64,000 bases of DNA from Octopus bimaculoides (GCF_001194135.2 NC_068987.1:108331552-108395551), one strand, 5' to 3'. Counted from the stretch's first letter, positions 25,190-38,905 are shown. The notes: generated by a model not told the origin, from the letters alone. Translations and numbers: made by a program.

Positions 25190-25915
25190 TGTAAAATTAA
25201 TGGCGGAGAGTTGGCAGAAACAATATTTCAGCACAGTAAATAATTTACGGTGTTTAGCTACATTTTTCTGGACTCTGAGTTCAAATCTCATTGATCTAAA
25301 TATTGCCTTTCATCATTCCGGGGTCAATAAAACACAAGTTAATTGCATTCTGGCTCATTAGAATATCTTATACAGAGTTTACGCAAAACTTTTGTAAAAT
25401 TCTTCTTGTAATTGTTTACCATTATCCATAGAATGCTTCGCTTCTTTGTTAGATGTCACTACAATAATCTGAATATGCTGGTAATGAAATGAAACCACAT
25501 CCCTATATATCACGAAAAGGTTGTCGGTGAGTAGGGTATGCCATTGGCTCTTTACTGATTCCAATCTTCACTCCCACTGTTTTCATTCTTTCTGCTAGAC
25601 CGGCTTTCGTTTGCATTTTCCATTACAGCGGACTATTTTCAACCAAACAATCGCATGTACCTGTTGAAAAAATACACCAAACAGCTACAAGGTAGATTTA
25701 TTCTAATAATAAATAAAGTTTTAATAATCCTTTCTACGGAAGGCACAAGGTCTGAAAATTTGGGGGAGTGTACTAGTCGATTACATCGACCCCGTGTTTC
25801 ACTGGTACTTAATTTATACACCCACGAATGGATGAAAAGCAAAGTCGACCACAGTGGAATTTGAACTTAGAGCGTAGTGATGGGCGAAAGATTCTGCCAA
25901 GCTCGTCGCCTTAAA
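25190..25915. mobile_element. Two SINE family C copies in opposite orientation (about 25190-25370 plus, 25740-25912 minus)
   Basis: GGCGGAGAGTTGGCAGAAAC...CTGAGTTCAAAT on the plus strand and GGCACAAGGTCTGAAAATTTGG...GCCAAGCTCGTCGCCT on the minus strand. Confidence 0.7.
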
Positions 25916-26205
25916 GAATGTTGTAGTAATACGAAGTTAAAGCTGCAGTATATATTATGAGCGAAATCGCAAATTATTAAATCCCTACGATGGGTCTGGA
26001 AACAAAGTACGTCAAATTTCTGTAGAAGATATCTCGAAAGCGATCAACAATTGCCCAAAATGTCGTTACGTTACTACATTCCAATATATTTTGACAACGC
26101 TATGGAAACAATTTCTGAAGTTTACACTGTAACTTTTCTCCTTTGCTATAATATGATTTCTGCATTGACGTATGTTCTTTGGAAGGGTCAACCACTTTTT
26201 TATAG

Positions 26206-26275
<70 letters not shown>

Positions 26276-26632
26276 NNNNNNNNNNNNNNNNNNNNNNNNN
26301 NNNNNNNNNNNNNNNNNNNNNNNNNNNNNNNNNNNNNNNNNNNNNNNNNNNNNNNNNNNNNNNNNNNNNNNNNNNNNNNNNNNNNNNNNNNNNNNNNNNN
26401 NNNNNNNNNNNNNNNNNNNNNNNNNNNNNNNNNNNNNNNNNNNNNNNNNNNNNNNNNNNNNNNNNNNNNNNNNNNNNNNNNNNNNNNNNNNNNNNNNNNN
26501 NNNNNNNNNNNNNNNNNNNNNNNNNNNNNNNNNNNNNNNNNNNNNNNNNNNNNNNNNNNNNNNNNNNNNNNNNNNNNNNNNNNNNNNNNNNNNNNNNNNN
26601 NNNNNNNNNNNNNNNNNNNNNNNNNNNNNNNN

Positions 26633-26684
<52 letters not shown>

Positions 26685-27680
26685 TGCACTAAAAGCAAAT
26701 GCTGTTGTTCATTTAGGACACAAAACTCCTATACGCTCACTATTCCTAAGATGGTCATAGATTCCTCAGTCACCTTCTCCATTGGACCCTACCAGGAGCG
26801 ACTGTTATTACAAACTTTGGCTCTATTCCCAAGCCTGGCCAACTGAGAACATGGATGTTATTCAACCACTACCTGCATCGTCTCCTGTCGGTTAGATAAG
26901 AAGAATCTGTTTGGCGATTTTTCTTGCGACATTATAATTACATATCCACAGTACCAGAATTGTGACCTCTGAATGCGAAGAAGAAACAACTCGCTTAAAT
27001 GCAAACATAAAAGTTTTGGAGAAAACTTATACAGATGCTATAGAGGTCAGATGCACCGTAAATGTGAACATTACTTTAGAAAAAATGAAGTGAGGAATAC
27101 ATACAGACTACTTTTACGTGACGTGCAGTTACAACAGAATGGCTATAAATTCTAACTCATAACATATAATTATTGTTGGACTCGGTTATGTTGGTACACG
27201 TCTAGATAATAATATAGAAAACTTAGGTTATGCATACAGAGGAAACGACCGGCTAACACGCACTTTACAAATACAGTCTGTATTCCTCGCACTAAATATG
27301 CACAACTTTCTAAACTTTAAAATAAAACGTCTTGCTATTTTTATTATTTGGGTCCCGGTGATGCGGCATATTTCTTATAACTTTTACATACAAATGATAT
27401 ACACAGGATATCCGAGTCGAAACACAAACTTAAGAAATATGTTGGCTTTCCTATTGTTAAATTTTCTATTCGATAAAATATACAAATGACGTTTGTGGGT
27501 GTCTGTGTGTGCGTGTGCATGCATGTAGTAAAACGGTAGTGAATATCGTTTTTATTTAGGAAACCAAAATCCCGGGACGATTACTGGTAAACAAAATCCT
27601 AAATCCTGGTATGTGTACATATGTGTGTGTGTTGCTGTACATGGGTATATACATACTAATATACATGCATATATTTATAA

Positions 27681-27756
<76 letters not shown>

Positions 27757-28396
27757 ATAGAGACTGGACTTGATTACTGACCTGACCTATTTTCGTCCAT
27801 TTGGCTACACTAGATATACATCTGAGTTGAATCAGAAGCACCAAGAATATGGGTTGGCTTTCGTATTGTTAAATTTTCTCTTTGATAAAATATACAATGA
27901 TGCTCAATATATATTTCACTTTTTTACTTGATAGATTGTCATTTTGAAATTTGTAGTAGGTTTTGCACACCTTCGAGTAAAGTCTTGTCTGACACGGAAG
28001 GAATGAATGCAGCGATGATTCTCGATTTCGGAATTTCCAGGAATGTGTTCCGGTATCATGTACCATTTGTTAGATCCACACATGTTCAGCCGTTTTATAT
28101 ATATNNNNNNNNNNNNNNNNNNNNNNNNNNNNNNNNNNNNNNNNNNNNNNNNNNNNNNNNNNNNNNNNNNNNNNNNNNNNNNNNNNNNNNNNNNNNNNNN
28201 NNNNNNNNNNNNNNNNNNNNNNNNNNNNNNNNNNNNNNNNNNNNNNNNNNNNNNNNNNNNNNNNNNNNNNNNNNNNNNNNNNNNNNNNNNNNNNNNNNNN
28301 NNNNNNNNNNNNNNNNNNNNNNNNNNNNNNNNNNNNNNNNNNNNNNNNNNNNNNNNNNNNNNNNNNNNNNNNNNNNNNNNNNNNNNNNNNNNNNNN

Positions 28397-28950
28397 AGCG
28401 CAATAGAGGACGATACAACAACCGGACAGATAGGCGAGAGAAAGGCGGACAGGATAAACAACAATTAGAGGAACAAGAAAAAAAATGACCGGTCATTCGT
28501 GGCCTTCTTTCGTCTGTCAAATTACCAAATGTCCTTACAGTTTCGGGCAGTTACACGTGAGACTGTTCGATCCGTTTAACCCCCAAAATTTTAAGCTAGG
28601 AGCATTAGATTTGTTGTAAGAAAACTAACGAATGTGTACGACGACAAAGACAGAAAAAAAAAACAAAAAAAAAACGGAGAACATGTTTCCTGCCTTAAGG
28701 CTTTCACTTTATACACGCCAGCTCAGTTTGATTTGTCCTCAGCCGAAAGACACCTGTTGTTATATTCTTGTTAGTTGTAATTGTGTACCATGTTGTCCCT
28801 ATATGTATGTATATCTAGTAATTTAACTGACGATATAAGGCCACGAATGACCCATCCTTTATTTCTTGTCCCTCTAATTGTTGTTTTTCCTGTCCGCCTT
28901 TCTATCTCTCCGGATGTTTTATTGTCCTCTATTGCGTTTTTGTTCCATTA
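28397..28950. mobile_element. MITE-like element with roughly 125-bp terminal inverted repeats
   Basis: 28398-28525 and 28818-28936 are degenerate reverse complements (GCAATAGAGGAC...AAAGGCGGACAGG...TCATTCGTGGCCTT). TA tracts flank both sides. Confidence 0.8.
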
Positions 28951-28988
<38 letters not shown>

Positions 28989-29850
28989 TACCATAATTGG
29001 TAAAGTCATATGTGTAACACGTTCTGTACGTTCATATATATATGGGGCGTGTAGTTTGTTGATTGTTTGTGTGTGTACGTATGTATGCATGCATATATAT
29101 ACAGATACAGATATTACATACATAAACTAATACATACGTACAGATAAACGTACATAGGGTAGTGCATGTGCGTACCCTGTTCTGCATGTATCCGGGCGCT
29201 AGTGCGTGATACATACTAACGATACACGATATTGAATACGCAGTCTGGAACTAAACAAGATGATGTCCCACTGAATGTGAGTCACTAGTGTGCCTGTGCG
29301 AAAGAACACAAAGAAACAAAGAAAAGCTGTGGATAGTTGGAATCATACGCAATGAGCAAAAGAAATGAATGCAGTGGGACGGAACGTATGAGGTGTATGG
29401 GAGGTGATGGATGGGGAAAGTTGTGTTAAGCGATCCGCAGAGAAAGAACGTACGATATGACGAAATTAGGGCGCGGGGAAAATGGAAAACTGACGAATAA
29501 TTTTCTCTAGAAACAGATTTTGCGAATGATAGGGCAATATACTGTGACACGTGACAAAGCGCTGCGCTGTGCTGAAGAGGGTTTCTGTAAACCATGCAAC
29601 CCGGGGCTATGACGGAAAAATTATCTGCAGACGTATATGTGTGCATGCGTATGTCTATATGTATGTGGGGGGGGGGGTGTTTACATTACATTATGCACAT
29701 GTAGGCATGCAAATACTCCGTAGATTGACACATGCACATATATATGCATGCATACATGTAAAACATCACAACCAATAATAACATTACGTCACATTTTACA
29801 AACATATTACACACATAAAAAATGAATACATACGCACATATATATATGTA

Positions 29851-29886
<36 letters not shown>

Positions 29887-31544
29887 CATAAATATATAGG
29901 GATTGACAGTAANNNNNNNNNNNNNNNNNNNNNNNNNNNNNNNNNNNNNNNNNNNNNNNNNNNNNNNNNNNNNNNNNNNNNNNNNNNNNNNNNNNNNNNN
30001 NNNNNNNNNNNNNNNNNNNNNNNNNNNNNNNNNNNNNNNNNNNNNNNNNNNNNNNNNNNNNNNNNNNNNNNNNNNNNNNNNNNNNNNNNNNNNNNNNNNN
30101 NNNNNNNNNNNNNNNNNNNNNNNNNNNNNNNNNNNNNNNNNNNNNNNNNNNNNNNNNNNNNNNNNNNNNNNNNNNNNNNNNNNNNNNNNNNNNNNNNNNN
30201 NNNNNNNNNNNNNNNNNNNNNNNNNNNNNNNNNNNNNNNNNNNNNNNNNNNNNNNNNNNNNNNNNNNNNNNNNNNNNNNNNNNNNNNNNNNNNNNNNNNN
30301 NNNNNNNNNNNNNNNNNNNNNNNNNNNNNNNNNNNNNNNNNNNNNNNNNNNNNNNNNNNNNNNNNNNNNNNNNNNNNNNNNNNNNNNNNNNNNNNNNNNN
30401 NNNNNNNNNNNNNNNNNNNNNNNNNNNNNNNNNNNNNNNNNNNNNNNNNNNNNNNNNNNNNNNNNNNNNNNNNNNNNNNNNNNNNNNNNNNNNNNNNNNN
30501 NNNNNNNNNNNNNNNNNNNNNNNNNNNNNNNNNNNNNNNNNNNNNNNNNNNNNNNNNNNNNNNNNNNNNNNNNNNNNNNNNNNNNNNNNNNNNNNNNNNN
30601 NNNNNNNNNNNNNNNNNNNNNNNNNNNNNNNNNNNNNNNNNNNNNNNNNNNNNNNNNNNNNNNNNNNNNNNNNNNNNNNNNNNNNNNNNNNNNNNNNNNN
30701 NNNNNNNNNNNNNNNNNNNNNNNNNNNNNNNNNNNNNNNNNNNNNNNNNNNNNNNNNNNNNNNNNNNNNNNNNNNNNNNNNNNNNNNNNNNNNNNNNNNN
30801 NNNNNNNNNNNNNNNNNNNNNNNNNNNNNNNNNNNNNNNNNNNNNNNNNNNNNNNNNNNNNNNNNNNNNNNNNNNNNNNNNNNNNNNNNNNATATATACA
30901 TATATATATATATATTCATATATGTGCATATATACATATACATACATAGACACGCATATATTTACATGTGTGTGTGCATACATATACGCATAAACACAAA
31001 TATGTATATATATATATATATGAGTGTGTGTGTGTGTGTGTGTATTTATACGTACATTTATATGCTGACATATATACATACATATTCACATACTTGCAAA
31101 TATTAATACATATATATACATATACATGCAAACGTAAATATATTCATAAATATACATCCATATACATGAAGATGAAAATTTCTTGATATTTTTGTGATTA
31201 GTTTGTTTGTATGTATCACTACATGACACTGAAAAAGTAACATACAACACGGGATACATAAAGTGTTTTAGAAAGAATTCGTTTTCTTAATTCCGCAGAC
31301 ACATTTCGAGCACACGAATCAATCATGTTTTCAACAGATTCATAACTATAAACGATAGAGAAACGGAGTAGTCACGTGGGAACGGATTGCTTAAAGGCTA
31401 ATGTGTTTAGCAAATGAAAATACCAGTTGAAGATGAAGTGATTGAAGAGTTAGAGGTAGAATGGTAAGTAGTGTTTGTATGAAAGGAGAGGAGTGAGTGA
31501 AAAGGGACAACATGAAGCAGTCATGCCTGTGATGAAAATGGTGG

Positions 31545-32694
31545 TGGTGGTGGTGGTGGTGGTGGTTATGAGCTGAGGACGAAGAAACGGAGAAAGAAGA
31601 TAGGACGAGGAGGGTGGAGGTGACGGCAGAAAAAACTTACATGACGACGACGACGACGACGACGACGACAACGATATTGTTGCTGGAGTTGGTCCTATTG
31701 CTGCTACTGCTACTGCTGCTGCTGCTGATGTTGATGATCACGATAACGACGATGATGACGACTATGATGACAATGACGATAATGACAACGACGACGTGGT
31801 GGTGGTTGTCATCGTCATCACAACGACGATCATCATCATCAACATCATCAACATCATCGACGTCACCATTGTGAGCAAAATAGGAAACATTTTCGCAAGT
31901 TAAGGAATATTGAGAAAACGTAAGGATAAAGGGAAAAGATTTCTTTTTTTTTTCAAATATATATCAGAGAAAAATAAGACAGAATAGAAAATAAAGATGA
32001 AGCATTTCTCTCAAGAACATAACCAGCACCGACACCATTTCTAGCACACTCGATATTCCCAACAAAACCACCAATACCAGCATCACAAGCGATTCTAGAG
32101 AAGTTTTCGCCATTATTGCCATCACCAATATCCTTTTCTACTCTAGGCACAAGGCCTGAAAATTTGAAGGAGGGGGCCAGTCGATTAGATCGACCCCAGT
32201 ACGAAACTGGTTCTTAATTTATCAACCCCAAAACGATGAAAGGCAAAGTCAATCTTGGCGGAATTTAAACTCAGAATATAAAGACAGACGAAATACCGCT
32301 CGCCCGGCGTGCTAACGTTTCTTATTTCTTTACTGCCCACAAAGGGCTACACAGAGAGGGGACAAACAAAGACAAACAAACGGATTAAGTCAATTATACC
32401 AGTGCGTAACTGGTGCTTATTTCATCGACCCCTAAACGATGAAAAGCAAAGTCGACCTCGCGAAATTTGAACTATGAACCTAAAGACGGACGAAATACCG
32501 CTAAGCATTTCGACCGGTGTGCTAACGTTTCTGCCAGCTCGGCGCCTTCTTCTTGCCTTCACCAAAATCATTAACTGCGACAGCAGCTATAGTAACAATA
32601 ATACTAGTAGGAATGCTAAGAGCAAACAAAACACCGAAAGCAACATGCTTTTCAACGAGATTCTATCTGTATTTGGTTTGTTCTTCTTATCAAT

Positions 32695-32728
<34 letters not shown>

Positions 32729-32775
32729 CAACAACAACAAAAACAACAACAATAATGATAATAATAATAATAATA

Positions 32776-32829
<54 letters not shown>

Positions 32830-33168
32830 TGTACACAAAACACGACACCTGCAGGAATGACTTAAATAAAGAAGAGAATGTGACAGGTCCCGCGATGTGA
32901 GTACGAAGGCCTTGACACGGTGGTTAATACAGATGCCAGTGGATTTGGACTCATTGTGGATGAGGAATTGAAGAAGACAAATGAGAAGGAAATACCTGTA
33001 GAATATGATGAATTATTAATCTAAAGAGTTCCGGAACGTGATGCCATTGCCATACGTAATCGTTTTGCTTAAGAGAAATTCCTCTTTCACGTTCAAGTCT
33101 ACCTGCCTTCGACTAGAAGTAACAGCAGCTGCAGCAACAGCAGCGGCAGCAGCGGCGGTAGTAGCAGC

Positions 33169-33225
<57 letters not shown>
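31545..33225. repeat. Cluster of trinucleotide microsatellites: (GGT)n, (GAC)n, (GCT)n, (AAT)n, (GCA)n, (GTA)n
   Basis: Tracts at about 31545-31870, 32697-32828 and 33122-33225. Confidence 0.9.
32138..32547 (-). mobile_element. Dimeric SINE family C
   Basis: Two C-family bodies in tandem, joined by a roughly 90-bp linker (...GGGCAGTAAAGAAATAAGAAACGTTAGCACG on the minus strand). Confidence 0.85.
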
Positions 33226-33226
<1 letters not shown>

Positions 33227-33851
33227 TTTGGTTTTGACGTTTTATTCCAGTTTATTCCTGAACGTCCATATTTCACGTCAATGATTTTCCAGACGTGGCC
33301 ATCTCATTTACCCAAAATGACTTATTCGTTCTCTTTGTGACAGAAACTTGTGACTTTAGAGAGCTTTTACGTATATGTTCTCTCGTTAGTTCGTACCATA
33401 TTTGAGTGAAAATTTTGTTTTTGAGCATCAAAAATCGAAGTCAGTTACACAGAAATTCAAAAACAAATGCAATAAAAAGTCAAGTGGATCTCCAACGGTT
33501 TCGGCCATGAAACTGTTAAATAAACTGAACCTTCTCGTTTAATCGACTGACCTACCAATTCCTTAAATTCCACAATCAATGACCGAGTGTTCCACACAAT
33601 TTTATTGCTCACTTAAGCCTCAAGTAGATTCAGCGTGACTCAGAGTGCGTGTGACGAGACTACACTCATAGTTTCTCACAATTCAATTTCAGTCACATAC
33701 CGAGACTGTGACCGTAGACATTTATCCAAGACGAAATGTAGAAGATCGGACATCAGACCTTGTGATTACGAAGCTGCTATCAATATTGTATATAGACAGA
33801 CAGATAGATAGAGACAGATGGATAAATGGAAAAACCTATGTCATGGGAGAA

Positions 33852-33900
<49 letters not shown>

Positions 33901-34293
33901 ATTAAGGAGGGTATTGGATTTAACCAAACCCAAAGATACAGGTAATACCGAGTAAGTGCTGTATACCGACTAGCTACGCCCCAATCGTTGTATAAACAGG
34001 ATCGGTGATTATAAGTCGTGTATTGGCGTGTGTATGTATAAATAGAGAAAAGGATAAAGAGAACAATGGTAAAGTTAGAAATATATTTTATGGATAGAGT
34101 CTTACAGCTGTTTCAGGGAAGATCCAAATAGTCCCGTATGTGTGACGCACATGGAATAGATTTCTTTGAGATGGGATGCCTGAACTCACTAGCCGATGAA
34201 TTCGTAAGTGCCTTTCTTATCGTTGATTTTTGGTGTCGCATGGCCAAAAATTACCGTGAATTTTTTTAGAGACACTTTCAAATTTATCAGAAT

Positions 34294-34358
34294 ATCGGAC
34301 TGATGATTTGGAATAGGGAAATTTTCATTCTCTTAACCATGAAACGATCGTATCCGAT
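34294..34358 (+). ncRNA. Candidate minimal type I hammerhead ribozyme
   Basis: ATCGGA-CTGATGA-[stem II]-GAAA-C-GATC-GTA^TCCGAT. Stem I is a perfect 6 bp, both core boxes are exact, stem III is the palindrome ACGATCGT and the cleavage triplet is GUA. Confidence 0.7.
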
Positions 34359-34994
34359 TAACTAAAGACTTGTTTTGTTTATGCTTTCCCCTCCGGTTTT
34401 TTGTTCTATGTGTGCCATAAATATCGCCATCCATTTAGAGAAACATTTGTAGTTTAGAATCAGTAGTTCTTTGATTGCTATTTCTAAATTTTCAGTATGT
34501 TGGAGAAGCAACTCAATGCTAATCCCTGTATATATATATANNNNNNNNNNNNNNNNNNNNNNNNNNNNNNNNNNNNNNNNNNNNNNNNNNNNNNNNNNNN
34601 NNNNNNNNNNNNNTTCTCATGACATCAGTGATTCCATTTGTATGTATATTTGCACGTCTATTTACATGTATAAGCTTACCTATTTATATACTTAATTATG
34701 AACATGAAACATGTCAGTCCTGTTGTTGTTTCAACCCAAGTTAACCTTAAATGAACATCCAATCATGACCATCTCTTCGTGCAAAGACATTGTAAGAAAG
34801 ATTGTCCGTGGCTTTGTTTGATCGGGTGCTTTTTCCAATATATATTCCAACAAAACAAATTCACTCTCACAAAGAACAAAATCACATAACAATGGACTTC
34901 ATTGGAGTTATTTCCCTTGATAGTATTTTTCTCAGATTTTAACTTTTTAGCATGATGATTATTATGTGACATATAACGCTTATTTATTGACATT

Positions 34995-35390
34995 CGCGCA
35001 GGAGTGGCTGTCTGGTAAGTAGCTTGCTTACCAGCCACTTTGTTCTGAATTCAGTCCCACTGCGTAGCTACTTGGGCAAGTGTCTGCTACTATAGCCTCG
35101 GGCCTAAAAGCCTTGGGAGTGGATTTGGTAAACAGAAATTGAAAGAAGCCCGTCGTGTATGTGTGTGTGTATGTGTGTCTGTGTTTGTGCGTCTGTGTTT
35201 GCCACCCCAGCATTGATTGACAACCAATGTTGGTGTGTTTATATCCTCGTAACTTCGCAGTTCGGCAAAAGAAATCGATAGAATAAGTATTAGGCCTACA
35301 ATGAATAAGTCCTGAGATCGATAAAGGCGATGCTCCAAGATGGCCGCCGTGAAATGACTAAAACAAATAAGAGAATAAAAGAATAAAAGA
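34995..35390 (+). mobile_element. SINE family B, full length
   Basis: Head GCGCAGGAGTGGCTGTCTGGTAAG, body and a (GAATAAAA)n tail. Confidence 0.85.
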
Positions 35391-36044
35391 ATTGTTTTGA
35401 ATCAATCATGGATTATTTTGTAGCTTCAAGTGTTCGATGATGGGATTGTTTGTTTCTATAATGACAATGTAGAGTAGATGTGAGGGACCGGATTTGGCCA
35501 GTTTGAATATAAAGCAGGTAGAATATTTTGACCGGATATCGCAGCGAGACATTTACCTAATGATTATGTGGATAATCGGTTTTTCAGCTCACTTTGTGGA
35601 ATCCTAACGTATTTTTATTTCGTTTACAGAACCTTCTTTGGTATTTTCCTCAGCAATATCCTCAATGCTTCTTCTCTCATATATAGTACTTATATTCCAA
35701 TATAAACAATTTCTGCTGTTATAAACAGTATTTCTGTTCCAATAAACACTATTTGTATTATGGTAGGTGAATGTGGATTTGTTATTTAATACCTTAAGCT
35801 GTGAAATAATGTGATATCGGAAAAAATAAGCGCTAACTTATGACGCAAACTGCAAGCAAGAGATCCTATGTGTGTGATGTCGTGTGGTCACTCAGCATGC
35901 CAGAAATAACAGCCGAATGTTCTGCAAGCAACGCCCTACTATCATGCAAAAAAGCCTATTGGATAGTGTAGTCAGGAGCAAAAGAAAGTATTTATTTCAC
36001 TATCTTCACCACTATTGTCATTTTTACTGTTGTCATGAAGGTTG

Positions 36045-36260
36045 CAGTCGGGCAAAATTGTTAGCGCGCCGAACAAAATGCTCAGCGGTATTTCGTCTGT
36101 CTTCCGTCTGTCTTTGCGTTCTGAGTTCAAGTTTCCCCGAGGTTCGCTTTGCATTTTATACTTTCGGGGGCATGAAATAAATATTAGTGGAACACTGGGG
36201 TCAACATAATTGACTGTTTTCACACCCAAATAATTGCAAGGCTTGTAATTTTAGTAGAAA
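36045..36260 (+). mobile_element. SINE family C monomer, diverged
   Basis: GTTAGCGCGCCGAACAAAATGCTCAGCGGTATTTCGTC...GTTCTGAGTTCAAG...CACTGGGGTCAAC. Confidence 0.7.
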
Positions 36261-38379
36261 AAAGAAGAAAAAAAGAAAACTATTACACACACACACACAC
36301 ACATACACACACACACACACACACAAATCCACATATAAATTGAGAGAAAGAGATATTTTCTGAAAAATATCCCGGAATAATAATGACTTGAACGCACTCA
36401 AATGAGTTGCCTGTGTTTAAACAACAACACCAAGGACAATTCCTAGGTCAGGAACCATGTATATAGAGCTTGAAGAACTGAACATAAGCCTGAGCAACTT
36501 TCATTAAATTTCCTTAGGGAAAAGCTATAAATGGACAGCAGTGAAATATATTATCGTACTAACGCTAAGCACGATTCTTGTGCAAATCAAGAATCTTGAT
36601 ACTTTCTCGTGTCTGTCTTAACCCGGTACTTGTGACGTTGCATTCTACACGGTGGAACGAACGTCACGCACCAAAACATTTGGCATTATATTCATATCAT
36701 GGTGTTATTATCATTATTCGTTTTGTTCATTATGTAATAAAGTACGCGTGTATTCATCATTGTTTTACTTATCGTATTAATTTTTTTTAAATATCCGGTG
36801 CGTATTGAACTTATTTTGTGCTTGACTTTTGACCCACTCTGTACTTAATCTATAACTGAAGTACATTCATATAAGCAGTAATAACAACGATCTCTATAAT
36901 TGGCACAATTCTACAAACTACGAACTATTTGGAGGATGAAATATCGCACTCATTTTATCAACCACGAAAAATAAAACGTTTAATTTGACTTCGACAGAAA
37001 TGAAACACAGAAATAAAAAGACAATGAAATATATATTGTTCTGTTGTCTACAGATCCTGGCTCTCTCTGCCTTTGGTAAAACAAACTATTTATCGATGCT
37101 TCATAAAAAAATGTTTTATTTATACACCTCGGCTTACATCATGCTGATGTTTTCTAAAAAGAATGAAACAATGAATACCAACAATTAAATGTTTTTCAGA
37201 ACAGTATAAGAAATTGAAAAATAATAAATATGTATGTTAAGGCGATGCCCCAACATGGCCGCAATCACATGACTGAAACAAGTAAAAGAATATTCCTTGC
37301 ATTTCAGCCTCATTCTTATTTAACTTGTACTAGCTTCTCGCTAGGGGACTGAAAATATTATTTTCTCTTCTCATTTTTAAGTATAGAAAACACCTCGACA
37401 GTTCTTTTGTTTCTATTAAAAGTCTTATACAGAAGAACACAGATACTTGGATGCAGCATTAGAGAGTCATCCCCTATGCAAGAGTATTAAATATGTATTT
37501 TGCCGGAGAGAAGCTGAGTAAATAAGGACAGAAGGTGCAAATAGCGTTGAGGAATAAATTTATACGCTTTGCTATTTGTTATCACAAAGATTCCTTTCTC
37601 CGTCTGGTAGCAGGTGCACGCGTGCATATTGTGAAATTGTCGATGTGGTTTCAGTTTTTGATGACACAGACATTATCATTATTGTTTTTGTAGTTGTTGT
37701 TTTCTTGTTTTGTGATAGCTATTTTTTTACGATGGTATTGCCGTTGTTCAGAGTAGAGGAAGCCTTCAGCCAAGTGATTCTCGGTGTTTTAATGCTATTA
37801 TAGGAGTGAGTGTGCGTTTCTCTGTGCGCACAAACACACACACACACACACATACACGCACAGACACAAATACACGTACATTTTCTGTGTTACTGCACAT
37901 GCAAGCACATCCACACAATAGAGGGCGAATGTTAAAGTTCCCGACCTAAAATCGTCCGCTCACAATAAAATAATTATATTTTATATGAAAGAAACATTCA
38001 AAAAATAGTTATTCACGTTTAAGTTGAGATCAAATTTATTTTCATCACTCGACAGTCTTCATTGTTTTATTTTCTCCTGCTTTTCTTTTTCTTTTTTCTT
38101 TTTCCCTCATTTGGTGAATAGGAAAGGGTACTATTCGTTTTTCGTTTTTATTTTTAGTCATTTACTTAAGGATACACAATTCATAATGATAGATCAAATT
38201 GCCCAAATCGTATTCTTCGTAGCAGAAATGATAGTTTATGGTGAATATAGACGAGATGTGGCGAAGGGAAAAAGAAATGTGGGGAGTAGGTCATATAACA
38301 GTGATGGTGATAGGAAGTGGAGAGAAATGATAATTGATAGAAAGAAGAAAGATGTGAAGGAGAAGCAGGGCGGGAAGCG

Positions 38380-38866
38380 ATGATAAATAAATGTAAAGGA
38401 GAAGAGGATGGTGGAGGAGGAGGAGGAGGAGGAGGACGACGACGACGACGAGGAAAAGAAGGAGAAGGAACAGAAGAAGGAGGAGGGGTGATGTGAAGGA
38501 AGAAGAAAAGAAGAGAAATGATGAAGAAGAATAAAAAGGAGAAAAANNNNNNNNNNAGGGGGAGGACCAGGACGAGGACCAGGACGAGGAGGAGGAGGAC
38601 GAGGAGGAGGAGTACGGGGACGAGGAGGAGGACGACGACGACGAGGAGGAGGACGAGGACAAGGACGAGGAGGAGGACGAGGACGAGGACGAGGAGGAGG
38701 AGGAGGAGGAGGACGACGACGACGACGAGGAAAAGAAGGAGAAGGAACAGAAGAAGGAGGAGGGGTGATGTGAAGGAAGAAGAAAAGAAGAGAAATGATG
38801 AAGAAGAATAAAAAGGAGAAAAAGCGCAAGAAAAATGATGATGATCATGATGGTATTGATGACGAC

Positions 38867-38905
<39 letters not shown>

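Noticed and set aside
26952-27089. 138-nt open frame between CAG and GTGAGG (TRIVTSECEEETTRLNANIKVLEK...)
   Set aside because: The splice context is weak, no domain is recognisable, and such frames are expected by chance in 64 kb.
29572-29613. CTGAAGA-G-GGTTT-CTGT-AAACC followed by GCAAC-CCGG-GGC, hammerhead-like
   Set aside because: The GAAA box and the GTH triplet are both mutated and a 2-nt insertion is needed. It cannot be separated from chance without a family consensus.
29807-31079. Long ORFs in the supplied track (also near 7028, 26051, 52928, 55716, 59173, 62661 and 38181)
   Set aside because: They are products of N gaps and di/trinucleotide repeats, not coding sequence.
32885-33025. 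Short frame VPRCEYEGLDTVVNTDASGFGL... resembling the gypsy RNase H TDAS motif
   Set aside because: Only a 4-5 residue match, with no other LTR-retrotransposon motifs nearby.
38421-38823. Roughly 125-bp duplication on both sides of a 10-N gap
   Set aside because: Most likely contig-end overlap in low-complexity sequence (assembly artefact).
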